From contig OZ024740.1 in assembly GCA_964016885.1 (NCBI GenBank), positions 116,312,001 through 116,376,000 on the forward strand: 64,000 nucleotides of DNA, in the 5' to 3' direction. The stretch is from Eledone cirrhosa (taxonomy: Eukaryota). Positions 14,336 to 28,780 of this stretch are shown one piece after another. Position 1 is the stretch's first letter. Every line of letters begins with the position of its first letter. The translations under genes were made by a program, and so were the position numbers. Under the pieces are notes generated by a model. It ran no database searches and was not told the origin of the DNA. It saw only the letters and a program-made list of their open reading frames with translations.

Positions 14336-17300
14336 TTTTTCTCGGTGTATCCCGCTCCCTTAGAGTGTTGTTGTTTTTTCCTTGCACTGACTCAAAAGAC
14401 TTAGGCTCTTGTGGCCAGTACAAGAAATCATTATTATTAGGTCCACTTCCACCTAATAGAGCCCAAGTACTCCCAGCTTTTAGGAAAAGACAGCTACCGT
14501 TGAACAGCTATTCCAAGAGCTGTCAACATCCCCAAAATAAATGTGTTTCATTGTCCTCCTTAAGGGAAAGAGATACACTAAGGTTAATATAGAAGATATT
14601 CCTAGAAAGAAAACCAACGTGACCAGTCATTCGTAAAGAACGTTTTCCTTATATTGTTTGTATCAGTTACAGAATAGTGGTATTTGATCAATCTGAGTCC
14701 AAGGATGGACGCCTGACATCTACAGTGTTGTCAGGTGCTAAAACCGCTCCATCTGTGTTTTATTTTAATTCGATCCTTAAATGGATGTTGCTGTTGATGT
14801 TGTTGCTGCTGCTGACAGGTTCCACCTGTAAACTGACACCGTTTCTTTCCCTGTACGTTTTTGTCTTCTGTTTCAGTATTTGTTTACTTGTTTATTATTT
14901 ATTTACTTTTATTTAATCTTCTGCTCTTTACATTTTCTGGAATTGAAACTTAAAGTTCACATCAATGCAGGTTTTGCTGGCCTCTTACGAGGCTGCATTT
15001 CATAAGATTTTTATCGGTTTTAATGATACGGTTTCCAGTCTTATCATGTTGTTACAGCTCACATAGGTTTAACTGGCCTCGTACGAGGTTTATCGGGTGT
15101 CTTAATAATGGAAAACCCAGTCCAATTAGGAAAAGCAACGTGAAATGAAACGTCTTACTCAGGAATAACGCACCACAAGGTCCAGGAATTGTATCCACGA
15201 TCTCATAATTATGGTTCTGATACCCTAATCACTTGGCCCTACGTCATCATATATTGTAGATCTATTAAATAATTTACTGATGTCTTAGCAGTGATTATTT
15301 TGATATCATAAGACATGGTATCCTATAACCTTCATTGCATGTTTAAATTAATATACACATACATTTTCTTCCCTATATATTTGGCCGCATTCGAAGTGTA
15401 GTCAACTGAGGAGATCTAATAAGAAAGAATGTGTTCATTGCTTTCAATAAGCTGGCTTAAAGACGAGGTGCACTTCCACAGATTTGTCTTTAATTGTTCC
15501 AAAAGACTTACATCAGCTATGGTTAAAGGAGATATTTCTCTTGCTTGCTTCTCATCACCTAAACATCTCTAAAGGGAGTTTCGGAACTTGAAATCGCTGG
15601 TATCGGCTCGTCTCATTGAAGCTCTTTACCTCCAGCCATATTCAGACAGTATAAAGTCTATGTGTATGTATAAACGTCATGCAGAGTGCTCACTTCTAAC
15701 CTTCGTTTACACACACACTACTTTCATGTTAGCAGTGTCTATTTTTGCTGCTATATTGTACTCTAGAACGTATAGATTATAGTACTGATTATAGTATAGA
15801 TTATAGTAATGCATATGGAAACCGATTAAAATTGATTAGATACATGGAACAGTCATAAAAACTGTTTTAAGTTTTCATATACAATTTTAATTTGAACGAA
15901 AAAAGATGAATCAGCTGGTCTAGTTCACTTTCATATTGTGAACAGGCGTGTGACGCACTGGATTTATCTGTTCCTTTCCCGCGTTCTCTGTTTCAGTGGC
16001 CAGGCACATTCTTTTATAAGCTCTGTCTTGGTTGAGAGAGCATCCCCTCCTGCTATATATCAACCAGAGATCCCCCAACTCCACCATTGAAGGCACATAA
16101 ACACTCCCTTTTTTATTTGCAATACAAAGATTTGTTACTTTCCTTCCAGCTTTTATGATACTTTGATAAATTCTTTGGGTAAGAAGTTATTCCCTTTCCC
16201 GACATACCTCCTCTCACAGATTTTCCCTTGTTCATATTGAGGAGATCCTTATTACCCAGGGAATTTGTGAAAGATAATATATTGTTGGTGTTTGTTTTGA
16301 TGTTCCCATTCCTGTTCGCATTGTTTATACTGTCTCTTCATTTAATCTAATTTTTTTTCAAGACAATTCTTCTTTGTATTTTCCATTGTTCAAATGGAAG
16401 TGTTCATGCTTGTTTAATTACTACAGTGTCTGTTTTGTTTTGTTTTGTTTTTAGCTTCTTTCGTGTTTGAAAACAATTGGCGCGGGAAGTACGCATTTGT
16501 TTATAATATTGAGATCTCTGCTAACACTACGTTAGCAGTACCACTTCCTACTACTTTACATGTTGACTCACGAGTAACAATGGCTACCGTGGAAATATAT
16601 CTGAGTTAGAGTTATTCGTTTGCGTCAGTTTATCCGTTCGTGTATGGATTGGATAAAGCCTGGAGCTTTTTATAGGCGTTAAGTAACTAAGTATAAAAGA
16701 TGCACTCAGTTACTCACAGGGCTTCCACGCCAGCTGCCCCTGGTACTGATTTTCAATTGAGCGACTTGGAGTAACAAGACATGAAGTGTTTTGGTCAAGA
16801 ACACAACTTGACATCTGGGCTAGAAATAGAATCCACTACCTTATGATTGTGAGCTCAATGCCCTAATCACTAGAACAAAATGTGTATTGTGGAGATTTTG
16901 TGTGTCTACCACGTTTATCTTGGAATGGACAAAATACAGCTTGTTTTGTACTCTTATGTTGTAATATCTTCAAACATTCCTTCTGATTCAACATAGATTG
17001 TAGATGGTTGCAGTTAAATAAGCAAATATGTCCAACAGTTGCCATCCTTTGGGATAATATTGACATGGTTTATAAATAAAAAGCAGAACTGCCCAAAATA
17101 AGGTTAATAACCGACACATGCAAAACAGAAAATAATTATATGTCTGATGTTCCTTAAGACGCCGAAAAGGCAGACTCGTTAGAACATCGCATAGATTGAT
17201 CCGGCTTATTCATTCCGACTCTCAGCGTTCTGAGATCAAATACCACCGAGGTCAACTTTGCCTTTCATCCTTTCGAAATCGATAAAGAGTGTGTATCCAA

Positions 17301-17596
17301 TACTCGAGTCCATTTTTATACCCCTCTCACCTCCCCTTTTTACACATGCTTTCCGTTATAAGAAATCGAGTGTTCAGATCTAGAGAGCGATGAGCTCTGC
17401 TAGGTCTAAAATACCCAAGATACACCGTATATCATGACGTCAGCCCCTATGACTCCGTTGCTATTTCACACTTTTGATACCAAACCTCCTGGGACTGCAG
17501 TTGGTTCTACTACAAAGCTGTTTGTTGTTTTAGCATGGATATTTATCTACAAACCTTCCGTCATTATTTTATGTAAAACAATTATTTTATGTAAAA

Positions 17597-17784
17597 GGGC
17601 GGTGGATTGGCAGTATCGGTAGAGGGTCGGACGCCATGCTTTGATGCATAGAGTTACCTCCTTTTATGATCTGAGTTCAAATCCCGCCGAGGTTAACTTT
17701 GCCTTTCATCATAACTGGGTCGATAAAATAAAGTACCAGTAATGCACTTGGATAATTGCTGGCCTTGTGGCAAAAGTAGAAACA
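17597..17784 (+). mobile_element. tRNA-derived SINE family 1 (Meta-domain-like core), with TSD
   Basis: A/B-box-like head (tggcagtatcgg; gagttcaaatcc), core gcctttcatcc..gggtcgataaaataaagtaccag, TSD attattttatgtaaaa at 17581 and 17785. Confidence 0.8.
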
Positions 17785-18644
17785 ATTATTTTATGTAAAA
17801 ACCTTTATTAAGTTATATTCCAAAACACTACTTTAATGCTGAGAAAGTTAGTTATATTACTAAATCTCTTCAAATTCTTGATTTTCAAACTTATTCGAAA
17901 ATCATAGGCAGTATTTTTCATTTGAAATATGGTAATGAATAAGTTAAATTTTAGTGACATATTTGCAGTTTTAATTATAAATTAAATATATATTTAATTA
18001 CCATGTACAATTTATACAGTTAATTATATTGATGTTTTCGTAAGACCAATCTAGACGTGAACCTAAAAAACGTTTACATGATTTGGTTTCATGTTACAGA
18101 TTTTATATTTATGTAACTTATATATATATGTAAATCATATTAGTTTTTAAAATAAACACATATATATTCATATATTTAATATATAAATACATAGAACCAC
18201 ATGTGCATACATTTTTATATATAAACACACATTTATTCACATATTTAAAATATAATTTCACATACACCGATGCAACCATATACACACAGACACGTATGTA
18301 AAATATAAAGACACCGCATTCATACTCACATATTTAACATAAATATACACACAAATGCACATATATCAAAGTATATATACATATGCTCATATTTAAAATA
18401 TAAAAACATATGCACATACTTAATACATGAATGCACACATAAACCTATGCACATATTTAAAATATAAATACACACATGTGCAGATACATACGTATACATA
18501 CACACATACATAACAAACAGTTATGCTTTACGCATAGAAGACTTTCAAACCGCAAGTATGTTTTCTATTCAGTGAGCCATTGTATATAAACAGTGAATAG
18601 AATTGTAACTACACACACATATGCACACACATACATTCATATAT

Positions 18645-18742
<98 letters not shown>

Positions 18743-19711
18743 CACCAGTTGGTGGTACTGCAGGTGATACCTGTTTCAGTACTTGATGCTTATACGGGAA
18801 TTGGATACTCAGTATTAAAAGTGTGGTTTAACACTGACATCTGTTTGTCATTGCCGTAATATGCAGAGTATTTATATTATATATTCCTAAAGCTATATAG
18901 TTACGAATATGTGTTCCATAGATTGCACACTTTTCACTATATAACTGTTCATCAACAGTAGAAACGTGTGTAATCTATGGAACACAATATTTATAATTAT
19001 ATAACTATGGGAATATATATTTATGTACCCATTACTGACTGGACATTAGTCTATCTCTCTATGACACAAGCTTGGGAAGAGTGTTTTGTCGAAGACCAGC
19101 AGTCGCTCTTTCATGTCGGTCAACCTTTCCACGACACATTTTTTACCCAAAGGGAAGGCAAATACTGATACAGCTTGGCACCAGTGTCGTCGAGACACAT
19201 CTTGTTTCCAACTGAGTAGACTGGAACTAAATGAAATCAATTGTGTTGCTCAAAGTGACAACACGGCGCCCCGTCCGGGAATCGAACTCACCCTTACGAT
19301 TTTGATCCCAGTACTCTACCCACTAAGCCACATGCCTTCCCATAGGGAGCTAATATTTGCCACCCCCCCCCCCCCCCACCTTACCTGACACCATTTCTTT
19401 CTAATACTGTTGAGACTCTCACCACGCACCCCGATATTTTGACCCAGTCCTAATTACAAACTTGACCTTCACATCACCATCTACATTAAAGTTGACATCG
19501 TATATTCTTCCCCCCACCCCCCCAAAATATATATTTCACAAGATATCATTGACATGACCTCCACATTTACCATTGGTTTCGTTTAACTCGTAATTTTCAA
19601 AATACATTTAAAATATCATAATCGCAAGAAAGGAGAGGGAAACGGAAAGAAAAAACGAAAGAAAATGTAGGACAGAAAATGGGAAGAGGGCAAAGACTAC
19701 ACCCTTGCCTG

Positions 19712-19788
<77 letters not shown>

Positions 19789-19828
19789 ATATTAAATAAA
19801 TGGAAACTATATTTTTAAAACCATATTT

Positions 19829-19889
19829 ATTTTATTATATATATTTCAAGGGTACCAAGACACATTGGTGCGCTTTCATCAGATACAAT
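19829..19889 (-). ncRNA. Hammerhead ribozyme, family G-like
   Basis: Minus strand AUUGUAU-CUGAUGA-AAG..ACCAA uguguc UUGGU..CUU-GAAA-UAUAUA-UA-AUAAAAU. Confidence 0.6.
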
Positions 19890-20646
19890 ACAAAGTTTGT
19901 TTTATAACTTATATATATATATATATATATATATGAATGTATGTATTTGGCAATATAGTATATTAAATTAACTTATGAGAGAGGTGGGGATGGGGGTGGG
20001 TTATTTGGAAGCTATCGTAATAAAAATTCACGTTCGACAGAAACATCTTCAGAAAACTTCTACAGTGCAATGGATTGTGAAATTAGCATCTTCTTTGTAT
20101 CCTACTCATTAAATTTATTATTACAATATTTCTGATTAGTTTTATATTAAAGGGGGCAATTTGCAGTCATTAATACGTAGAATTAAATCCCTTGTTAATA
20201 TCTCGGGTGAAATCCTATTGAGTTCAACTTCATCTTGCATTCTTTCGGGGTAGATAAATAAAGTGCCGGTCCAGGATCGGTGGATTAGCGGAATTGTTAA
20301 AGAGGTGAACGTGATCAGGTTCCGTGCATTCTGAGTTCAAATCTCACCTTTTGACACAAGAAGAGTATTACACCTAAGAAAGGAGCTCAGTAATAGCATG
20401 GTTGATGCAGGGAGTGTCACTGGCTTACCTCCACCATGTTGTTCGCGGTGTGGAGCTGAGATATAGAGTCCATTTTTGCTCCATAGAGGAGAACAGAGTA
20501 GACAGACGCGTTATAGCTACAGAGCTTTTTCTTCCGGGAGATAGAGCAGTAGAACCAAAGGGGCTTCCGCGGGGAGCGCATGACCCTGGCGGCCAGACCA
20601 CATATAGGGTTGAACTCAGTGGTCAGGTTTCCATATATAGATATAT

Positions 20647-20730
<84 letters not shown>

Positions 20731-21429
20731 TAAAATAACAGATTAAAGTTTAAGCAAAGAATCGCTGCTTTCACCCTTAACGGGATCTTCTGAAACTAAA
20801 AAAGTCAATCTGTAAACGCAGAAGTGGATATTTCAAAAAACGTTGCAACCGGGGGGAAGACAGGAAGACGATACTTTGGTTCGTGGAAACCTTCCCTTCA
20901 CAAAACATACAGGTAATATATACTTACCTATGCAAATAAGTAATGGTATAAACATAACATATACTTAGCTACCACATAAAGACGTAAAATATCTACGTAT
21001 AGATCGTACTATCCGTTAGTTACACTGGGAGATCCTAACTAGGGCTAGATTGTATAACGGAAATAAAAGACCATGTGACCTTTGCGCCGCTGAGGCCCTG
21101 GAAATACTCTACGCCACAGACCACATCTTAAACAAAAAATCTGAGGCAATTTCAGCTTGTAAACATAAATTGCACTAAACTTTCCTGTATTACAGCCCAC
21201 ATTATACCCTAACGGATAGTACGATCTATACGTGGATATTTTACGTCTTTATGTGGTAGCTAAGTATATGTTATGTTTATACCATTACTTATTTGCATAG
21301 GTAAGTATATATTACCTGTATGTTTTATGAAGGGAACGTTTCCACGAACCAAAGTATCGTCTTCCTGTCTTCCTCCGGTTGCAACGTTTTTTGAAATATC
21401 CACTTCTGCGTTTACAGATTGACTTTGTT

Positions 21430-21480
21430 AGTTTCAGAAGATCCCGTTAAGGGTGAAAGCAGCGATTCTTTGCTTAAACT
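21430..21480 (+). ncRNA. Hammerhead-like motif, family C (CAGAAGA core variant); mirror copy 20747-20797 (-), decayed copy 9638-9688 (-)
   Basis: AGUUU-CAGAAGA-uCCC guuaa GGGu-GAAA-GCA...UGC-UU-AAACU. Confidence 0.6.
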
Positions 21481-21587
21481 TTAATCTGTTATTTTAATAA
21501 ATATTTGCTCTACGGTTCTTATATATTTGATATATATTTATCCTTATCGAGCCCTCTTTGGATTTTAGTCTTCAAATTTATTATTAT

Positions 21588-21652
<65 letters not shown>

Positions 21653-22024
21653 TATTGGTGCTCTGAAATAGCGATGTATACATGGATGTATGTACATGGA
21701 TGTATCTACAGTATATTTGGCAATATACTGTATGTTTAATTAAAAACATTTAGAAGACCATTCGCTATGAGTTTTAAAGTAGTGACTATGTCACTTACTT
21801 ATTCTCGGCAAATAACAACAGAGAGTGACCGACAGACAGTCTGTTTCTCGCTTGTGAGCGTTTCAAGACCACACACTCAGTTGCCTTTGCCGAGAATTAT
21901 AGAGGCTGGATTCTTATAGAATTCCATGCTGGACCGGCAATCGCTCTGTATAATCAGCTCCTGATTATTACAGGAATTCTATAAGAATCCAGCCTCTATA
22001 ATTCTCGGCAAGGCAACTAAGTGT

Positions 22025-22070
22025 GTAGTCTTGATAAACACTCACAAGTTTGAAACAGACTGTCGGCTGC
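22025..22070 (+). ncRNA. Hammerhead ribozyme, family D (U3-A8 variant)
   Basis: GUAGUC-UUGAUAA-acACU caca AGUuu-GAAA-CAGACUG-UC-GGCUGC. Confidence 0.65.
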
Positions 22071-22233
22071 TCTCTGTTGGTATTTGCCGAAAATAAGTAA
22101 GTGCTTAAAGTCAGTACTTTAAAACTCATAGCGAATGGTCTTCTAAATTTTTTTAATTAAACATACAGTATATTGCCAAATATACTGTACATACATCCAT
22201 GTATACATCGCTATTTCAGAGCACCAATACTGT

Positions 22234-22410
22234 GGAAGCCCCTTTGGTTCTACTGCTCTATCTCCCGGAAGAAAAAGCTCTGTAGCTATAACGCGTCTGT
22301 CTACTCTGTTCTCCTCTATGGAGCAAAAATGGACTCTATATCTCAGCTCCACACCGCGAACAACATGGTGGAGGTAAGCCAGTGACACTCCCTGCATCAA
22401 CCATGCTATT
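22234..22410 (+). mobile_element. RTE reverse-transcriptase fragment (mirrored at ~20392-20568)
   Basis: LW..SISRKKKLCSYNASVYSVLLYG resembles the RTE RT C-terminal motif. Confidence 0.55.
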
Positions 22411-25400
22411 ACTGAGCTCCTTTCTTAGGTGTAATACTCTTCTTGTGTCAAAAGGTGAGATTTGAACTCAGAATGCACGGAACCTGATCACGTTCACCTC
22501 TTTAACAATTCCGCTAATCCACCGATCCTGGACCGGCACTTTATTTATCTACCCCGAAAGAATGTAAGGTGAAGTTGAACTCAATAGGATTTGACCCGAG
22601 ATATTAACAAGGGATTTAATTCTACGTATTAATGACTGCAAATTGCCCCCTTTAATATAAAACTAATCAGAAATATTGTAATAATAAATTTAATGAGTAG
22701 GATACAAAGAAGATGCTAATTTCACAATCCATTGCACTGTAGAAGTTTTCTGAAGATGTTTCTGTCGAACGTGAATTTTTATTGCGATAGCTTCCAAATA
22801 CCCCACCCCCACCCCCACCTCTCTCATAAGTTAATTTCTATCCAGCAAGTGTTTAGCTGTCGTAACGTTTGACACTTCCCGACCTGGCTATTTCATTGTA
22901 AAAGAAAAGACGCTGTTCATTAGATCTGATGTTCCATTGGTCCTTCCATTGCGTCACTACTTTTCTAGGGGGAGAAGACGGCGTTTGAACTCGGGACGTA
23001 CAGAACCAGATCAGATATTGCAAAGTGCCCCGTCCACCTCGTTAGCAATTTCAGCGACCCCACTCCTAGACTAGTACTTTATTAATCTATACAAAGTGAA
23101 TAAAAGGCAAAGTTCACTTTCTGTGGGATTTGAACTCGGAGCGCTGTGAGCCGGATCAGACATTTCATCAGCAACCCCATTCGCCGCTTATTTGACTTAG
23201 ATATGAGGAATAACTTTCGATCAGCGAGGAAAAGAACATTAAGAACTTTAAAGCTGAGAAGTTCTATGGTCGAACACACTGCTGGGAGATGGGATTCGAT
23301 CTTAACTTCAGTTGGCAGTCCTATATTCTGCAGGTTTTTAACTTCTTGCAGAAATATGTCTTTAAAGTTTTAAATAATTTACACTGAGTGGTGAAAATAC
23401 AAAGTAGAAACATTGATATAATCAGATTATATATACAAATATATGTACATATCCGCTATTAAACGCCCGGATATGCACATAATTATGTAATATATATTAG
23501 TTCACCATTTCCCGTGTGTCTAGAAATCAGGAAGCAATTGGAATTCCGTTATTTTCCGTTTTCAATTATAATTCGTGGCTTCTACAGTTACCTCTGTTAC
23601 TCGGATTTGGTTAGTCACGTGCCATCTTCACTCAGACACACCCGGCACACTCGTTTCTCCTCCTTCCATCGCCTATATTGACTACTTCCTTTACTTCCAA
23701 ACTAACCAATATGTCGAAATCTTCTTCCCCATTCCCTACTCCCTCTGGAATTACCACTCTGCCATGAAGTTGTTTAAAACAACCACAAATTCAGAATTAA
23801 CCTCATTGGTCTCAGAGGTCCCGTGAGGGCCAAAGGAATAGCACCATCCTCTATAATAATCCAATAAAAATATCAATTAATTGTTGTTTAGACTCTAGTT
23901 AGCCCCTGGGTGAGCAAACGTACGATAGAAAGTGTTTCCAGCCACAACAACCCCACCCTTTTCTCTGATATTACATATCTTAGGCTACACTATCGAAATT
24001 TGAAAAAAAGTGTTGTAATGTTGTAATTTGAAAGGCATTTCGGTACTATTTCTTGCAGGACGAGTTACCCTATAGCCTCGCTAAATGTCAATAAGTAATT
24101 AGATGTTGTATTACCCTTCATAATGACATTATGGTGAAATATTTCATCTTCCTCATTATACACCACACACAAAATAATCTCATCCGTAATGCAGTCGTAC
24201 TTTTGGGATGGTGTAAACAGTCGGATCTTAAACTAATATCAGGTACCCATATATATGGTGTCTGCCGTTGGAATCTTGATTGACTGACAATATCCACGTC
24301 AGACGTCTATGATTTGTGTGCATATGTGGCCTCTATTGGTGATGCTGTAGCTTCACTCTCTGGAGCCAACTCTGAGCTAACTCTGAGCCAACTCTGAGCT
24401 AACATCTGGCTCTTGCATATATTGTGTCTCGTGACTGGCTGATTATATTTGCACCATATCTGCACGCTATGCATTGGTGACCTCTGCCCGCGGTGCTGTG
24501 GATTCTTTGGTTGGAGTCGACTTAGCTGATCCTAGGTTAAACACCAACAAAAGTAAATGTGTGAGTAATCTACCGAGTGATGAGATCGATGACTTTATGG
24601 ATGAGAGCGGATCGGGGTAGAAATATTTGGTACCGTTTTGGAAAGGCTTTTGTTGTGAGATTTATTATTATTATGATGATGTTTTAAGGGCGGTTGATTG
24701 GCAGTATCAATAGAGCGTCGGAAAACGTGGTATAGAATTACGATCCTTTACTTTCTGAGTTCAAATCCCGCCGAGGTTAGCTTTACCTTTCATCCTTACG
24801 GGGTCGACAAAATAAAGTACTTTTAATACACTGGCGTCAATTTAATTGACTATCCCCTTTCCTTGAAATTGTTGGCCTTATGCTGAAGCTAGAAATAATT
24901 ATGATGACGTTTCGTTAGAGCATCAGAGAAATACTTTGCAATATTTACTCCAGCTCTTTACTTTCAGATTTCAAATCCAGATGAGGTAAACTTTTCCTTT
25001 CATCTTTCTAGGATTGATAAAATAAAATACCAGATTACTGAAAAAATAAAATACCAGATCTATACTGAGATTTATTTATTCAACTTTCACCTTTTCTACA
25101 AAACCCTTGCTTTGTGCATGAATCAGAAATAATGATGATGATGTTGAATATGCCGATTGGTCAATACTTTTCTCCTTAAATACGACGTACACCTAGATAT
25201 ATATTTAATCAATTATTTTATAATGTGGTACTTTACTGTTTAGGCTATTGCTATTGTGCTTTGATATTTACTGTGATTATAGATTTCATTTTTGAAAATA
25301 ACGATTGAACATAAAATATATTTTCTCTGTTGATACTATTGATACTATATATATATTAGAAAGTGAGTTTTTTTTTACAAAATGAAAAAAAAACCGAGGT

Positions 25401-25525
25401 GTCCTACACGAGTGAAAGTATAAGGAAAAAAGATGAAATCGAAAATGCAACTGGAGTCTTTTTTTATAAAAATATATATTTATTTGGTTCCTTTACCGGT
25501 TTCGCAGTTCTTCTGCTTTTCAAAA

Positions 25526-25566
<41 letters not shown>

Positions 25567-25611
25567 AAGGCTTCTACAGGACTAGAACTGTTTCATTCGG
25601 GTGAAATCGTC

Positions 25612-25664
25612 AGGCTTCCTGATGATTTCTCCCGTATGAAACAGTTCTAGTCCTGTAGAAGCCT
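25612..25664 (+). ncRNA. Hammerhead ribozyme, family A
   Basis: AGGCUUC-CUGAUGA...GAAA-CAG..CUG-UA-GAAGCCU; stem I covaries with the 3762 copy. Confidence 0.8.
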
Positions 25665-25744
25665 TTCTATATTAAATATTTATACTCTGCTTTGTATTGA
25701 GTACCTTACTTACTGTAGTTACCCCCGATTGAATCCGGGATAAA

Positions 25745-25805
<61 letters not shown>

Positions 25806-26928
25806 AATTTCTAGCAATATTTTCATTTAGGGTTAATACAATCTGTCATTTTTTTGTGATATTGTCAACTCTAGGTACAGCCACTGGCAAAATTTCATCT
25901 GTCATTCAGAAATATAATTTGTACCTGACACTGAAATAGTCATTTAATCTTAGTGTAGTTGCTACACCCAAGACTACACCTAAGAGAAGTGGTAGAAGTC
26001 ATGTAGCAATTGTAAGTTTCTGTTAACAACTCCTAGTTTAAATACATGAAAATGGTAGATTAATTTAAACGTTTTATCTAGTGACATATCAACCAAGATG
26101 TTGCCAATACTGTTCTAGATTCTGTCCAACAATAACCAATGTTTAATCTTTGTTATTTACTTAAGCTACCCTGAATATTATAACTTGTATTATATTTTAA
26201 TCCATATCAGTCCTTTTTTGTTATTTAGTTTGTTTCAGCCATTATAGTTAGATCACGTCTTTACCTACCTACATCCCTATTAGCTCTGTTGCTTTGCTCC
26301 TTTAGTTCCTTGGTGTGTTTATTCGATCACAGCTGCTGCAACCAATTTCTATAAGTCTTTATGTCGTTTGGTGCAGTGATTGATGTAAGGAAAGGCGTAT
26401 GACATAGTGGTTACAATATTTAACACGGGATCATAAGGTCATGGGTTTGATTCCTGCACAGGGCGTTGGGTTCTTGAACAAAATACTTCGTTTCCCATTA
26501 TTGTTCAATCTATTAGAAGTTGCGACCGGCAGATAGTATCAGCAATAGAAAAACTAATGGAAATATTGCTTTTGTTGTCTGATCTGACGATCAGCTACAT
26601 TTTTCTTTGCTTAATGTTAGTCTCTAGGCCTACGGCGATGAATTGGCAGAATAGTTAGAACGGAGGATAGAATTCTTCGCGGTATCCACTCCGTATCTCT
26701 ACGGTCTGAATTCAAATCTCGTCGAAGTCAACTTGCTTTTTATCTTTCCTAAATCGATAAACTAATGTACTGTCAAGCAGCGAGATCTATATAATCTAAA
26801 TTCCCTTTCGCCTCACAGAGGCGTGGAATTTTACAGAATTTAAAATTTCTTTGTACGGAATTATTATATCAACCTACGCCTCTACTTTTCGTTCGTGAGC
26901 CTGTAGACGATATATATATATATATATC

Positions 26929-27011
<83 letters not shown>

Positions 27012-27043
27012 AGATCAAAAGATGGTTAAAGGAGTTCCATATA

Positions 27044-27110
27044 TTTTATTATGCGCATTTCAAAAACAAACATCATCAAGCAATAATATTTGTGTTTTCA
27101 TCAGATAAAA
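27044..27110 (-). ncRNA. Hammerhead ribozyme, family G
   Basis: Minus strand UUUUAU-CUGAUGA-long stem II-GAAA-UGCGCA-UA-AUAAAA; palindromic AUGCGCAU; inside palindrome 27005-27066/27173-27234. Confidence 0.75.
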
Positions 27111-27318
27111 CAGGAGAACATGATATGAAGGCTAAAAAACACTTGTGGATAGTGCAGTTTTAAATCAACATTTTTTTGAAATGCGCATAATAAAATATAT
27201 GGAACTCCTTCAACCATCTTTTGATCTTATATTATGCATACTCCAGTCCCACAAACTGTAGAGTGCTTCTTATCCGATATCTGCATTGCTTTATTGTACT
27301 ACAATAAAACTCACCTCC

Positions 27319-27391
<73 letters not shown>

Positions 27392-28080
27392 CGGAGGAGT
27401 TGTGGTAAGGAACCAGATGGACCATAACGCACCAGAGTACTCATTACTTAGGGTAGTAGAGTGGGTAATAGGAAATATATATATATATAAACTGTATATA
27501 CATATGTATGAGGGTGTGTGTGTGCGTCTGTGCGTTCACATCAATAAGAGTACAATGAATCCCGTCGATTCAATCTTCATCCAAGCTACTACAGCGTGTT
27601 TAAGTACACATGAATATGACTGTGCATACAGGTAAACCCCAGCGTTAAGAGTTCGGAGGAACATGGTAAGACCAGTGTGAATAAAGTACTTAGATTATTA
27701 ATAGTGAATATGAACATGTCTTATTAAGACAGCGAATCCAACCAATGGGTTTTGTTTTTGTCCAGAACACGAAACAAAGCGTTATTATATAACGACATAT
27801 AAATAGATTCAGTGATGAAAGACAAAATAGAACATACCAAGATTTGAACTTAGACCAGGAACATATATTCAAGGATCTATCAACTCCGACATATCTATTT
27901 GCAGACTCTATTTATGTCATTATATATATTTCGAGGATGCAAATTTTTATGTATAACATAAAGCGAAATATATAGAAAATGTATAATTTTTTCCTGATAT
28001 CCTGGTAGACAAACGAGCTGGACAGATAGGTGACCAATATATATATATTTAAGGGAGAGAGGTTAGTATGTATACGTATT

Positions 28081-28116
<36 letters not shown>

Positions 28117-28289
28117 AAAACAATTGCGTAACACATTATAGAAAATAGCAAATACTTCTATAAACGAATTAAATATTTATACATTCTCTACAATAACATT
28201 GGGTATATAATCCCCACCCCCTGGTGACAACATATGGCACTGTCAAATGATGTTTCAATCATTTTAGAACAGAACAAAGCTGAATATAT

Positions 28290-28295
28290 ATGTAA

Positions 28296-28387
<92 letters not shown>

Positions 28388-28397
28388 ATATGTATAC

Positions 28398-28435
<38 letters not shown>

Positions 28436-28436
28436 C

Positions 28437-28482
<46 letters not shown>

Positions 28483-28483
28483 C

Positions 28484-28532
<49 letters not shown>

Positions 28533-28552
28533 ACGTATATATATACATATAC

Positions 28553-28605
<53 letters not shown>

Positions 28606-28625
28606 ACGTATATATATACATATAC

Positions 28626-28666
<41 letters not shown>

Positions 28667-28686
28667 ACGTATATATATATATATAC

Positions 28687-28722
<36 letters not shown>

Positions 28723-28780
28723 GTATATATATATACGTATATATATATGTGTCTGTATATATATATATATATATATATAT
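28290..28780. repeat. Compound microsatellite with periodic TACGTA/GATACGTA interruptions
   Basis: Direct reading. Confidence 0.95.

Larger units (their letters stand above)
19965..22837. repeat. Nested inverted repeats: outer 604-bp arms 19965-20568/22234-22837; inner palindromes 20723-21019/21209-21504 and 21651-21925/21973-22231
   Basis: Direct reverse-complement comparison; the same spurious ORF MMQGVSLAYL... appears on both strands. Confidence 0.92.

Noticed and set aside
16477-16488. E2F-like site TTGGCGCGGGAA (and TTTCCCGCG near 15976)
   Set aside because: No supported first exon or TSS nearby; the surroundings look like decayed retroelement.
20402-22400. Twin ORFs MMQGVSLAYLHHVVRG on both strands
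   Set aside because: Antisense reading of an RTE fragment duplicated by the inverted repeat.
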